Source of the DNA: Blasia pusilla
Lineage: Eukaryota
Assembly: GCA_050084515.1 (NCBI GenBank)
Contig: CM114271.1
Coordinates: forward strand, 47,678,001 to 47,742,000
Direction of reading: 5' to 3'
Length of the DNA stretch: 64,000 nucleotides
Shown: positions 1 to 13,469 of the stretch, piece after piece
How the letters are laid out: each line of letters starts with the position of its first letter
How positions within the stretch are numbered: position 1 is the first letter of the stretch
Made by a program: the position numbers and the translations under genes
The notes under the pieces: model-generated
Told to the model about the DNA's origin: nothing
The model's database searches: none
Seen by the model: only the letters and a program-made list of their open reading frames with translations

Positions 1-1429
1 GAGAACTTCATCTCCGTGCACACATTTCAATATCTTCTTGATCAAGACTGAAATGTAAAGTGTCTAAAGCACACTTCACTTCCTCCATGAAACTAAGGCA
101 CGGTACTTAAACTCAGGGAAATTAAACATGGTCCACCACATCATCGCCATTGTTCAAGTTGATTGGAGAATGCAAGTGATGTCCATCCCTTCTAGACACC
201 TAAAAAAAAACATGTAGCGTTTCAATGACCGGGTCATACACACAATCAGAAAAGATAAACATTTTCAAGTTGAAGGGTTATCATGCTGTAGTATACTTGT
301 GAGTGGAAGTCTAACTCAAAGTTCTTCTTCATTTGGCCAAGTACATCTTTCTCCTGATTTTCATGGCTTCTTTAGTTTTGCCATGTTTAGGAAAAACTAC
401 AGGCTCACCCTGGTCCTCGACTTGGTCAGGACTAGAGGAGATACGGGACGAACGCCGAGATGGACATAGACCTCTTGAAACCGGGTTCATGGTTTGATAG
501 GCTGGCTTTTCAGAAGCAGGTGAGCTCTTGCCCATGAATGCAGCAAACATATTTTATAGTTTCAAGATTACAGTGCCGATTCTCCCCGTCTCCCTTGCAC
601 AATGGAACCTATGTAAGAACATTACCAACCATACAAGTAAGCAAAGAATGGTTACGTGGGCATTCAAAGACAGGTTGCACATGTCCATCATGCAAAGAAA
701 AGGTGCAATGTTTTAGAAGAGGATGAGAGCATCCGCATAGTAGTGATATTCGACTATGTTGCATAAATACTTCTGAGCACATAAATGGAAGAGCCGAATG
801 CCTGTAAAATTTTTGACTTTGAATAACGATATTCCATCGAACTAACGGCTGCCACCAACTTAACCCATTACCCCTACAAAAGTAGACATAGGGTTGTCTA
901 CACGTGGATCAACATCTAAAATCTACATACAACTGAGCCCTATGACTCATAGGGCCCAATTTACACAGATACAAACACGATAATATTCAAGCTACAAACA
1001 AGTGAATAAGCATTAGGTGGTATCCGGAATTGACCACGGAAATCTACAATCTCTACTATTTTAGGGTGTTCTAGTAGGTTTTCAAGATGTTGAAGATTGT
1101 CCATTACTTGCACATATAAGAGCATGAACAACGTCATTAATTACTAGCCAACACTACGCTAGATCATAGCATGTATGTGAAGTAAAAAAGGAAAGTAGGA
1201 TGTATGCAACGAGCTTACCACGAGCTAAATTGAGAATGGCGAAGGAGTTGATAACTTCAGTCAAATCTAAAGGCTCGTCTTTCTCCACAAGTACGTTATC
1301 ATCTACAACAGTCTAGTCGATAAGGTAGATGCTCTTAGGAGTGAACCCAATCACCCAAGGGTTTGAGTTTTTTTCGTCGATATTATCTGTTGTGTTTAAT
1401 CTTCTCTTTAGTTGAATCATGCATACAAA

Positions 1430-1825
1430 TTTTGATACCATGTTGCCTTGTGATGCCTTCATAAGATTCTTGATGTGTGGAATCCTCTAGGCTTTCATCT
1501 TCCCTCTCTCATTACCAACTACCAGAAACTCTATTTTTCCTTGCTTGTGGAAATAGGAATCAAACCAAACATGATTCCCCACCATGCGTGCTTTTGGTGA
1601 GAAGGCCACGTTGTATCCGGAATTTCTTGATGCAAGTTCTAAGCAATAGTAGGTATCTACATGAAACCCCAGGATTATCCAATCATCCAAATAATTTTGG
1701 GATTTCTCGTGGGATTGCTTGCATATAATGTTAGCTAAACAGAATTGGGCACATGAGTCCGTGTGAATCATGGGGCTCACCCATGTTTCGACCGACTCTT
1801 GAAATCCAGAAAGAAACGTGTAACA
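1430..1825 (-). mobile_element. Putative ~385-bp LTR (1441-1825) followed by a tRNA-Met-like PBS (1430-1440)
   Basis: The minus strand reads TGTTACAC...AAGGCAACA (TG..CA, TGTT/AACA ends) immediately followed by TGGTATCAAAA, close to the canonical TGGTATCAGAGC. No recognisable gag downstream and no second copy in the window. Confidence 0.4.
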
Positions 1826-1827
1826 TC

Positions 1828-2054
1828 TGTGAGAAAACAGAAAGTGACGAAATCACTGAAATCTTTACAAAACTTAGAGATACAAAGTGGCCTAGTCCGT
1901 CCGTGCGCTCACAGAAGAGCTTCGATAGAACCTGAATTGGGAGATAACTCGACATACGAGAATGCACTACCGCTGCGGCTCCTGACTATTTGACTACTCG
2001 GGAAAACTAGGGTTTTTACCTATTTTTCTTCATTTCTATTAATAGAAAAATTTT
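1828..2054 (-). mobile_element. Truncated copy of Copia LTR family A
   Basis: Near-identical to one end of the LTRs at 14438, 24918, 35770 and 39696 (TGTGAGAAAACAGAAAGTGACGAAATC...); similarity stops at the LTR's variable region. Confidence 0.9.
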
Positions 2055-2865
2055 CAAGGGGAAGGAAAGGTTGCAAGAACTTACCTTTTGCCAAGGACTG
2101 TCAACAGAGGCGAACTGTTGCTTGATGCGGCCAGGTGCACCGATTCAAAATAGAGTTGACCGGCTCTGGGTTTCTGTCACTATCACTCATTGCACTGAAC
2201 GACCGCTCTCTACAGACACAGTCGCCATGGATAAAAGCGCTCGGTTCCTATAATTCGTTGTTTCTTGGCAACTTCGTACACTACACGATCGGGAGCGACC
2301 TTGGTCACCTCACTAGAGCACGCACCAGAGAGAGGAAAGAAAGAAAGGAAAAAATGACGACGACGGGAAGCACCTTGAGGAAGAATCGAGGCTATGATTC
2401 AAAAATTATCTGCAATGCAGCAGCAGACGTACTTAGATCCAAGGCGACAAGTAGCAAATTTGCTGTAGTGAAATTGTAAGTAACAAACAAGACCCTACAC
2501 TTTTGACATTCCAACAAAGAATTGGGGAGCGACCAAGAGAATGAGCGACAGAATCAAAGACGAGCCGAAATGAGACTCCGTCGTTTCTTAGCGCACGAAG
2601 CGTGAAATCCCTGCCCGCATGATAACTCGATCGATCAAAGGAGACCCCACATCCAGATCAAACACAGTGAAAATCGGAACATGGACATCATCGAGCAGTG
2701 AGCGCAACGACACGAAGAACAGGAGAATGAAAATGAGCACGAGAAAAAGAGGAAACGAGCCGGATAATTATCGACAAAAACAAGCAGACCCCTTAAGCTC
2801 GCTTCCCAAAGCCCAAAATCGGGTTTAGGCCACATGATAAGTCGTTCCCCTTTAACCTCGCTTCC

Positions 2866-4059
2866 TGTAATGTATAAGTGTTTCTATTTTACAGTCGATT
2901 TAGTAAGTTCGATCCCCAAGAGGATCATTGTTTGATGAAAAGAGAGTTCGGAATTACAATTCTGTTATAATAGTTTTATGTAACTGTGTGTGATTTATAT
3001 TCAATGTCTTATCAATATCTTCTGATCTTTCTTAGTACCAAAGGACCTGTTCTCGATGCTCTCTAGTGGAATTGACAGCATGTTTAGGTAGATTTTCCTC
3101 TTGACATCAAGAAATCTCACAGAGATCTTAACACAAAAGCTGGCTTCTCCTACTTTCGGAACTTAATCCGTCTCGGCATGTTACTCTTTGTCAAACAGAT
3201 TTCTTACAAATCAGGTTGATTATTTCACTGATGAGGAAGGTTTGCATGATTCACTCTTCACTCTCCAGACCCAAAAAGAATACTCAGACATAAGCATCGC
3301 ACATCAGAATGAATGAATGATTGATTTACTACTCCATCAAGAACGAGAAAGCTTCAAAGTGTATACAAGCTCGAGAGGGTACTACTCTCTTGCTCGGACC
3401 ATTCCTACAACATAAGGACTTCGTAAGAGAATGATGATTATGGCTTCTGCCTTGCTTCTTAAATATTCGCTGGAATGGAAGTGATCCAAAGATTCGAAAC
3501 GTTCTTGATGAAGCTAGTGTCTCTTCACTATTTCTAACTACCTAGATCTATGGTTCTCTTAGCTTTTCCTACGATTCTTGTGAATCCGCAGTACAAAAGT
3601 GTCCTAACTACCAATTTGATACAAAGGGTCGCGCCCTTTCCTAGTCTAACTATTTTAATATGTGTCTCTTGAAATCACAGTCCTTCTTAGCTTCGCTTTG
3701 TTGGACTTCAGTAGGACGAAGTACTCCATGCTTCGTTCTTATCTCCTGTGCTTCGCGCTTCGTTAAAGAGCGAAGTACTTCTTTCTTCTTTTCTTCGTGA
3801 TGCTTCGTTATGTAGCAAAGCACTTCAAAAACAAAGCTTCGTACATCTTCGTTGAGCTTCTTGAGACTTCGTTATTGCGTTTTCCTCTCCTCTAAGGCAA
3901 ATCCTTGATCTTCCATCTCTCTGCCTTGTCCCAGGAGCTTCGTGATTCACTTATTCTTCCTCATAATAATAAATAATCATAATCAAAATCATAATATACA
4001 AGAGTCTTCGTTGAATAAAAAGATATATTCTTCAAGATTACAAAATTGCGGGTATCACA
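2866..4059. mobile_element. Solo LTR, family B (~1.2 kb)
   Basis: TGTAA...TCACA ends with perfect 5-bp TSD CTTCC (2861-2865 and 4060-4064); reverse complement of 10311-11538. Confidence 0.92.
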
Positions 4060-6492
4060 CTTCCCGAAAGCTAGATCCGAACCCAAACCTGAAATCCGCG
4101 AAGTCAAAAATTTGTTGAAATCCCTAAATGCTACTATCAAAGAATGAACTAGAGAACGAATCGAATGGCAGGAGCGGAAACGAGGGAACAAAAGAAAGAA
4201 TGAATCGAATGCAAAGCGGCGGAAACGAGTGAATAGGAGAACGAACGAATCGATTGTGATGAAACGAATAGAAATGGAAGAACATGAGAACGAAATAAGA
4301 GACAGCGAAGAGCAGAACCGAGACCCTCTCGCATTTGCACGCCAACCCTAAGAAGAGCGCATCGCGATAGACCGAATTTCACCTCTGCCCATCATCCGTC
4401 AGTAATCTACCCTCCACCCCCGTCCGTCGTGTGTCTACCATCCGCCCGTCGTCCATCCGTTGTCATTGTCCATCCGGAGTCAAACTGCCATCCGTTTGGC
4501 GTCCATCCGTCCTCGACAACCGCGTCCATCCTTCATCCGCCACCCGATATCCAGATACTGCGGAGCCTAAATCCCAGCCAAGGCGCTTGGCTCGAAGCCC
4601 TAGTCTAAGCCCTAGGCTACACGGTCTTAAAAGCTAGACCGCGGCAATCTAAGGCCTTCGCATACGCACGGCAATCGAGCCTACTTGACCGCGGAAGACG
4701 TTGTGATTAACAAGAGGATACTAATCATGAAGACGAATGAGGGGTCTTACCATGCTCCACACAAATCAGTTTTTTTTCTTTGTCAATAGTGGGAAACATT
4801 TTGATTAATTAATTATAAGTAATTGAATTTATATTATCGGTGATCTTAGGTGTATAATCTACATTATAATGGGCAACCTGATATATACAACAAGACAAAA
4901 TAATGGGAGAAGAAGAAAAAAAATACGAACATGTTTCATTTTTTTTTCCTTTTGAGTCACGTAAGATAGGTAGATACTTGATAGTTTTATTAGTTTATGT
5001 TATAATAGGTGCTCCTAAGTATATAATAAGGAAAAATAATAGGAGAATTAGAAAAAATAAAAATAATTTTTTTCCCTTAATTCATGTTAGATGGGAAAGT
5101 AAAATGAATTTTAACAGAGAAGGAGTAGATATTATTTAGATTTTATGGAAGGATGGAATTATTTAGGGGAGTGGAATGTCATTTAAATTTTAATTGAGGA
5201 GTGGAATTACTTACACGAGCGCAATGTTATTACTCTTCTAATATTAAAAAAAATAGAAATTATGTTTAAAATTTGAAAATTTTTTATTTTTTATAAAAAA
5301 TCATATTAATTCACATTTCATATTTTGGGAAAGGAAAATAAATTTGAATGGAACAAGGAAATGATTTCATTAGTGAAGATTAACTTATAAATTAGTGAGT
5401 GGATGTTATTTTGGTGGGAAGAGTGGAAGGGGAAGAATAGGTCTTTTTATGGAGGAGTGAAATTATTCAAGAGAGTTGGGTATTATTTAAATGTGAATTT
5501 TTATTACTCTTTCAAGATTTAAAAAATTGAAAATTATACTTAAATTTTTAAATGAATTTTTTCCTAAATTATTAGAAATCATTCTCGTGCACAAACACTG
5601 GAATGCTATCTAGTCTCTAATAAGACAAGAGAAATAAAAACACCGTTTATAGAAGGTGCCGTGAAGGAGACTTTTCCTCATAATATTGAACTCCAGTTTC
5701 ATATTTTTATTAATGCTCTTTTTTATTTATTCACCGTATGGGAAGATCACTTTGTGTGTTTATAAATGCTATTTATTGTTTTAGGGAGTTCTCTTTTCCA
5801 TTCTTCCCAAAGCAGGGTAATTCTAGTGAAGTAAAATATTTATACATGCATTGATTTAGTAAGTCGCAATAGTAACAAGTTACTATTATGTCTTTTAAAT
5901 GCCTTAAAATTTTGGTTTTTCCATTTTCGGCCTATACGATGGTTTAAATTACCTCCTAAAATGATAATTAACTTTTAAAGTTATTAAGTTATTCTCATTT
6001 AAATCAATTTCAAGTAATCCCATTGGCTCAAAAGACGAACGATCCTACTCGATAAACCTCACCTTAGGAATTATGAGGGTAACCTGAGAGCATCAGATGG
6101 ATTGAGAGGTTGGCTTTGGGGTTTTGCTATCTCCTTTAATGGAATAATATACCTCTCTCTCAAATCCATCTCTTTGTTGTATATAGTTGACAATAAGATC
6201 ATATCATTATCTTTTCAAAGAAAAAAACTCTTCATCAAACATGTGATCTTTATCAAAGTCCTCATTTTTTTGGAGACCACTTCTTGTAGTTGTTTCTAAT
6301 CCACTCTTCCTCCTTCCTCACCTTGTTATATATTTAAATCTTCTCTTCCAAATCGTGGTTCCACAAGTAAGCTAGAGATTCACTTGTTTCCTCCTCACTT
6401 AGAAAATCCTTCATGAAATAACGGATGGTCTCCTCTTCAATCCTATTTAAACTCGCCTCTAGCTACTAGTTTTTTTCTTTACTAATTCTATC

Positions 6493-7348
6493 CACTAGTA
6501 GAAAATAGGCCATTTTGAACCCATATGTTTGTGACTCGTGTTATCAAGAGTCATTTGAACTACTTGTAGTTACTCCTAAACAAATTTAGTAACCCCTAAA
6601 TTACTTACAAGATAATGGAGTCACATTTAGTTACTACCATAAACTTAGAGATTGGGGGTAACCTTAGGATCAAGATGGAGAGCCTCATCACTACTAAAAG
6701 GAATATTATGTTTTTAGCATTTGGAAATTGATAACTTAGTCTGAAAAAAGTAGTTTTACAACTGTCGTGGCAAACATTGCCAACATGTCACAAGGTAGTT
6801 GTAAACCACAACTAGGATGGACTACAAAAAATATGGCATTTTTTCCTTAACAAAAAAATTTATGTCTTGGTGTATAATTTTATATTAATTTGAAAGAATG
6901 GTATGTCTTATGTAAGTTTGGAGACATGCCTATGATCTCAAAGAAAGGTTGTGGGTTTAATTCATTAGAACAAATCTTGGTTTTTATGACTGACTCATAT
7001 GACTTATGTTAGTCATACATGTCCACAGATGACTGACAATGGATGATGACTCATGGAGTCATAAAAGCCTAGTCATGTACCATGCCATGACTAGAGTCAT
7101 TTTGGGATAACTCTAGTCATTATTAACAATGACTGACATGTCATCAAGCAACGTATGACAGAATGTAGTCATATATCTGATTGCTATGTCAGCATATGAT
7201 ATGGAAATGACTTGAAGAAAACAAATGATGTGTTGTAACATGGCAATGATAAATTGTGACTTAGTCATATTCATCATTTGGATTGGTCAAAATGACTTAC
7301 TTATGATCTATGACTGAGTCATATCCATCACTTAGATGGTCAAAATGA
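6493..7348. repeat. CACTA left terminus and subterminal repeats
   Basis: CACTA TIR followed by many direct and inverted ATGACT/AGTCAT motifs, densest at 6985-7345. Confidence 0.8.
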
Positions 7349-9398
7349 TGTCACGTCTTTTAGGATAGATCGGTGAGATCTAGTAGAGCGCCTTTGTAAG
7401 TAGTGGAGGACAGGCTCAATAGGTCAAGGGTGACCATTTGAGGCCCCGGGAAGCCTAAGAGAGCAAGTCTCCCCTTCGTTTTGGCTCATTTGGAGCCATA
7501 TTGAGAAACTTACTATTTTAAGAAAGTACCATTTTGAGTATATGATTGACTTTCTATTTTTGGTAAATTGGCCCTTGACCTCCTACATTAGGTCAAGAGC
7601 CAAGGAGGTGACTTGGGAGCATAGGTTACCATGGAGAGAGCTTGGGAGAGGGGAGGGATATACCTCAAGGAGAGAGAGCTTGAGAGCTCATTCTTTCTTT
7701 GTTGAACTTCTTGGCATAAGGCGGCGGAACTATGGTCCCTTGCCTTGTGAGTGTAACCCAAGTAGTGGGTTTGCTTTGACATGAGAGAAAGTGCACACCT
7801 TTGAGAGCTATGGTGTGAAATGGTGTAGAGAGAGATTGGATCTTACTTTACAAAGAGAGAATGAGAGAGCTTCATGGGGGAGCTCGTTGATCACTCGCTG
7901 TTTTTGGAGGTTGGGGACCGTGTTCCCTGTTTAGCGGCTCATGGGAGTGCTCACTGGAGCAAGGGCTGCTTTGATTGTTCTTTGCATTTGCCAATTTTTT
8001 GTGTGGAAGAGTGGCGTGCAGAAGCGCTGCCCAATTTCTAGTAGGGATTGATTATGGGGGTGGGTGGCCACATGCCGGCGCTCTCGGGAGCATTATGTAG
8101 CTTGCTGATTTGTATTTTTACAGGTTTTATATTTTCGTTGGGAGAAATCAGCGTTGCCAAATTTTGTGTAGGAGAAAGAGACATTGGGCTTTACGAAAAT
8201 CCCCATCTGTTTTTATTGGAATGTCTGATTCTAAATATTTTTTTACGCTGTTGTAGATCGTGAAGCTGTGCAACAAATAGTGCGCAATTTGGAGTTGCGA
8301 GCAAAAAATTATGGTCAATCTTGCAAAACTGCCATTACTAGGAAAATTTTAGGGTTAAATTGTTCAAACCCTAAACTAGCCGCCACGCCAGCGGTGGCCG
8401 TCGCCGTCATAGTCACCGTCAACGATCCGCCATCGACGGTCAACCATCATCGTCAACGGTCAACGGTCATGGTCACCGGTCGGCCATCACGATCAACGGT
8501 CAATCGTCACCGTTCCACCGTCCGTTGTCTACCCTTTGGTTGCCATTGCGGCCATTACGGAGTTGAGGGTCTTCCACGACGTTCCTTGATTCTCTGACTT
8601 GCGTTGCCACCACGTATTTTGTTTTGGCCGCCACCGTCATCGCAATTTCGTCATCAACTAGTGATCGCTGGTCACCCCGGGTTATGGTGTTTGAGTTTTC
8701 GTTTCATGTTGCTATCTTGTGATTGGTAGCCGCTCGACGACGATCAAGAATTGTGTCGTGATGCCGTAGCCGCAACGCGTTGCCAATTGCTGCGCCGTGC
8801 TGCTCGTGGCCACACCGCACCGTCTCGATCACGGAGCCGCTCCTTCACTAAGGAGCAGAGCATGTGAATTTTTGGTTGAGGAGGGTATGTCGTCGAATGC
8901 CGCCCTTGGCGGCATACCCTCCTCATTCCCCATTCCCGAGTGCCGTGCCGTCTGTAGCCGCTCCTTGCCGCCACTGCCATACTGGACCGCTCGACCTGTC
9001 ACCGCACATCGAGGAGGTTTGAGCAGCGTCAGTACAAGAGGAGTAGGACTTGCTGATTGGAGGAGTTGTCTTCACAACCGAGTTGGGTCGAGATTTTCTG
9101 TTGCCGAGGAGCGACATCGACATAATTGTCAAGTTACAGATTGTGCTCTCTAGTGGTTTGTGTTGATGCTAGGAGCATCGATGATGTATGGGTTTAGGGG
9201 ACATAGACCTGTGTGGGATGTCTAGAGTTGAGGGTAGGTTATCGATGAGATGATAGCGTGGTCGATTTTCCGCACCACGCCGCGTGTTGCCGCACGTTAC
9301 ACGTCTCGGGGAGGGAGAGTGTAGATCGAGTGCTGCATGTTTGGGATGAGTGATTGAGGGATTACTCGCGAGGTTGAGAGTGATCGGGTGAGAGGGGC

Positions 9399-12300
9399 AT
9401 GAGGGTCATCACGGCGTCCATTCGGGACTTTGAGAGGCGAGGTGGTGAACCTGAGAGTAGCTCTAGAGGTTTTACGCAGAGTCGCGCGAGGTTCCAAGGA
9501 TCTCCACGTGAGGGACCACCTCGACCTCCTTATGTGTCATCATCAGACGAGGGGGAGGATGTAGAGGAGTTTGTGAGTACATCGTCATACATTGTGAGTG
9601 GTTCTACCAGTTGGGCGTACAAGATGGACGACCGGGGTAGAGGTCCGGGTAGGTTTTCAGATGCAGTAGGCACGATTTCATAGCAGAGTTTCGAAGTTGG
9701 TACGACTCCCAACGGGCCAAGAACTCTAGAGAGTTGAACCCATTTATAGCATGGAGCGGTATGTTCCAGCATTTAGAGGGGGCGCCCATGGACGATTACC
9801 ATGAGTTTTCCCACATATATGACCCAAGAGATTGAGGCATGGTGACTCTACTATGATCCACACTATATGTCATGGACGGAGCCGTTCCCAGATGAGGAGG
9901 AGGAGCCAGGAGAGGCTACTTCCTCTTCCCCTAGTGACGTTTTAGGAGGGGTCACTCGCATTGGAGAAGTTGAACCATCTAGTCGAGTTCATCCCAGGTT
10001 CAACCTCATGGTTGAGTTTTTCGCTGAGTTGAGACCGCAACTTTTCTGTCCGTAACCAAGGGTTACGGACAGAGAAGTTGCGGAGCATCCACGACTTCCA
10101 GAGGTGCCCGGGTGAGAGTTTGCGTGAGGCTTACACTTGTTTGCGTCGGTTGATCAACGTCACTCAGGGGGTGACAAAGGCTCGGGCTATCCAGTCATGG
10201 TACGCGATGCTGGACCGGACACTGCGGACACGAGTATGGGACAAGGTGCTTCTTATGAACACCTCCCCTATGTTGAGAGATGTTTTTAGGACCTCCGAGA
10301 ACATTGAGCGTGTGATACCCACAATTTTGTACTTTTGAAGAAATATATCTTTTTATTCAACAAAGACTCTTATACATTATGATTTTGATTATTATTTATT
10401 ATTATGAGGAGGAATGAGTAAGATTAAAGTGAATCAAGAAGCTCCAAGGACAAGGCAGAGAGATAGAAAATCAAGGATTTGCCTAAGAGGAGAGGAGAAT
10501 AAAATAACGAAGTCTCAAGACTCGGCAAGAAGCTTCGGAACGTCAACGAAGCTCAATGAAGCTCTGTCTACGAAGTGCTTTGCTCTATAACAAACCATAA
10601 TAAAGCAGGAAGAAGAAGAGAAAGAAGTACTTCGCTCTTGTACGAAGCGCGAAGCACCTTCAACAAGAACGAAGAATGGAGTGCTTCATCCTCAAGAAGT
10701 CCAGCGAAGCGAAGGTAAGAATGATTGTGATTTCAAGCGACACACCGTTAGAACAGTTAGACTAGGAAAGGGCGCGACCCTTTGTATCAGATAGATAGTT
10801 AGGACAGTTTTGTTTTTCGGATTCATAGGGATCGTACGAAAAGCTAAGAGAACCATAGATCTAGGTAGTTACAAATGCTGAAAAGACACCAGCTTCATCA
10901 AGAACGCTTCGAATCTTTGGATCACTCCTACTCCAGCGAGTATTTAAGAAGCAAGACAGAAGCCACAATCATCATTCTCTTACGAAGTCCTCATGCTGTA
11001 GGAATGGTCCGAGCAAGGGAGTAGTACCCTCTTGAGCTTGTATACACTTTGAAGCTTTTTCATTCTTGATGGAGTAGTAAAGCAATCATTCATTCATTCT
11101 GATGTGCGATGCTTATGTCTGAGTATTCTTTTTGGGTCTGCAGAGTGAAGAGTGAATCAGACGAACCTTTCTCATCAATGAAATAATCAACATGAATTGT
11201 AGGAAATATGTTTGACAGAGAGTAGCCTGCCGAGACGGATTGAGTTCCGAAAGTAGGAGAAGCCAGCTTTCATGTTGAGGTCTATGTGAGATTTCTTGAT
11301 ATCAAGAGGACATCTACCTGAGCATGCTGTCAATTCCACTAGAGAGAATTGAGAAAAGACCCCTTGGTACTAAGAAAGATCCGAAGATATTGATAAGACA
11401 TTGAATATAACTCATACATATTTAAATACAACTATTACAACATAATTGTAATTTCGAACTCTCTATTCATCAAACAATGATCCTCTTGGGGATCGAACTT
11501 AGTAAACGATTATAAAATAGAAACTCTTATACATTACAGAGCGCAACATGGCGGAGGAGAGTGTAGCCACCATGGGTTTTGGGCGAGAGCAGTGACGATT
11601 GGCCGCACCACTTGTGCAGCAACATGGACTCCGAGATATGTCAACTGTGGCACCATGAGCTCAGGGAGGATACCAAGAGGCCGTGCCACAGAGACCTACA
11701 CCTTCATATGCGGCTCAACAACAACCACCTACTATTACTTGTTGATCATGTGGTGGAGCCCATCATTGGCGCGATTGCACTTGTCAGGGTCATGGACGTG
11801 TGCCTCAGCATGGAGGAGGAGATGGTGCTACACCAGGAGGTTATCAGTGTGACTCTTGTCAGAGGTATGGTCATACATGCGCCTGGTGTTTTAGTTTACA
11901 TCTTGAGTTACGTCCGGACCGAGGGCCAGAGAGGGCACTAGAGCGAGTAGTTGATCTAGGTGGGCTAGAGATCGTGCACTAGGTGATCCCGTTGGGGGAC
12001 GAGGAGCTGGAGTTGCTCGAGAGGGTGGTGGAGCTGCCCATGGAGGAGGTAGAGTACCACCACCTAGACGCGCCGAGGGAGATGCCGGACATGAGGCCGA
12101 GATGGCTGCTGAGATACAACATCTACAAGAGCAGATTGCCGCTATGGCATTGACATCATATGGAGCAGCCAGAGATATGGAGGATCCTGGTTGGATGTGC
12201 GAAGTTGCCCAGATGGAGGCCGCCACAATTGTGAGACGTGGAGCAGCTGGAGAGTTGGATCCACAATGAGGGGAAGCCAGAAAACAGACTAGACTTCCTT

Positions 12301-12590
12301 ATTGGTGTGCAGGGAAGGCGATGGGAGAAGCGAGTGCGACAACTCCTATTGTTGATGCTCAAGAGGGGCATGTGTCGAGCACGTTGTTGCGGGCGGCCAC
12401 TATTGTGTACCACACTCCTTTATTTTTTGCTTTTGATGTTATGACGTTGGGGGGTACGCCCACTCAGGGTTTTTGGCTAGCCGCTTCACTATGTGAGCAC
12501 GGAGTTGGAGTTCTTGCATCACATTCAGAGGTGATTGTAGAGGAGGTGATGGACCTGCCCTTGGAACGGATGCTCGGGCCGTCCACGTGA
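9399..12590 (+). pseudogene. gag: Degraded retrotransposon gag, split by a solo LTR
   Basis: 10078-10310 'FQRCPGESLREAYTCLRRL' resembles retrotransposon Gag; 'YQCDSCQRYGHTCAWC' is a Cx2Cx4Hx4C knuckle (ORF 11800-11982); multiple stops and frameshifts. Confidence 0.75.
10311..11538. mobile_element. Solo LTR, family B, inserted into gag
   Basis: TGTGA...TTACA ends with perfect TSD GAGCG (10306-10310 and 11539-11543). Confidence 0.93.
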
Positions 12591-12617
12591 GATTCATGGC
12601 AGGCTACGGCTGCTAGG

Positions 12618-13070
12618 ATGGCGGAGATGCCCGCTAGACCCGCGATAGAGCGTGCCATGGCTTCTCCTAGTGTTGTGTTGCTAGAAAACCGAGGAGAGGT
12701 CTTCCAGTTGGTGAGTCCCGGAGGTAGAGCTTTTAGTCCCCAGCGCGTCTTGTTGGATTCAGGAGCGCAACCCTTGATGTTGGGGAAAGCGTCATTCAGA
12801 GGATTGGGCTTGACAAGAGCCGATGTGGAGCGTTGTCCATTCCAGATACATACATCCTTGGGTGGAGCAAGTACCATACAGTATATCACCTTACAAGAGG
12901 TCGTGGTGAGGATTCGCCCGACACATCCTACAGATGAGTCCGTGGTGCGAGCCAAGGCGATAGTGACTGATGTAGAGTCCTACGACGTCTTGGTTGGTGT
13001 AGCAGTGTTATACCCGATGAGGTTTTCCCTGGATTACTGGGAGGAGTCAGTGTCCTACAGACCAGGATAG
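12618..13070 (+). pseudogene. Retroviral-type aspartic protease domain of pol
   Basis: Catalytic motif VLLDSGAQ and C-terminal YDVLVG motif; ORF ends at an internal TAG but the same frame continues into ORF 13122. Confidence 0.85.
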
Positions 13071-13469
13071 CACTGAGGTGATGGGCACCTTAGCTCATTA
13101 CTCGTTCGATTCACAGGTGCAGTGATCGAGCGACGGGCAGGAGAGGTGGCGACCTTAGCAACATTTAGTAGTATCATCACTTGGCCTAGTGATTTGATTG
13201 AGGGACATGTCCATGCAGAGGATACTCCAATTCTTGAAATTTCTATGGAGAGGAGTGTTATGGTAGCCGCATCATTCCATGGAGGAGAGGTGCCGTTGTG
13301 GGGCTCGAATGAGGAGCTTCAACGAATGGCAGATGAGCACGTGCAGACCGCGTGGAGCGAGGCGTTTGCACCGGAGCGTGACGGGTCTGAGGAACCTGAG
13401 ATAGCAAGGAGTGCTATGATGACACCCTTGGATATCACACCCATTGTGTGGAGTATCCCGGAGAAGGGT

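Noticed and set aside
538-726. RING-like tail 'EWLRGHSKTGCTCPSCK'
   Set aside because: Only the last Cys pair is present; no upstream ligands or gene structure could be supported.
4140-4560. Short degenerate tandem repeats (GAACGAATC-like, CCGTCCAT-like)
   Set aside because: Probably part of an unidentified TE; no termini or coding evidence to classify it.
4857-5613. Non-autonomous Helitron (AT-rich, ends CTAG followed by T)
   Set aside because: The 3' hairpin is degenerate, the 5' TC end is ambiguous and there is no second copy to confirm.
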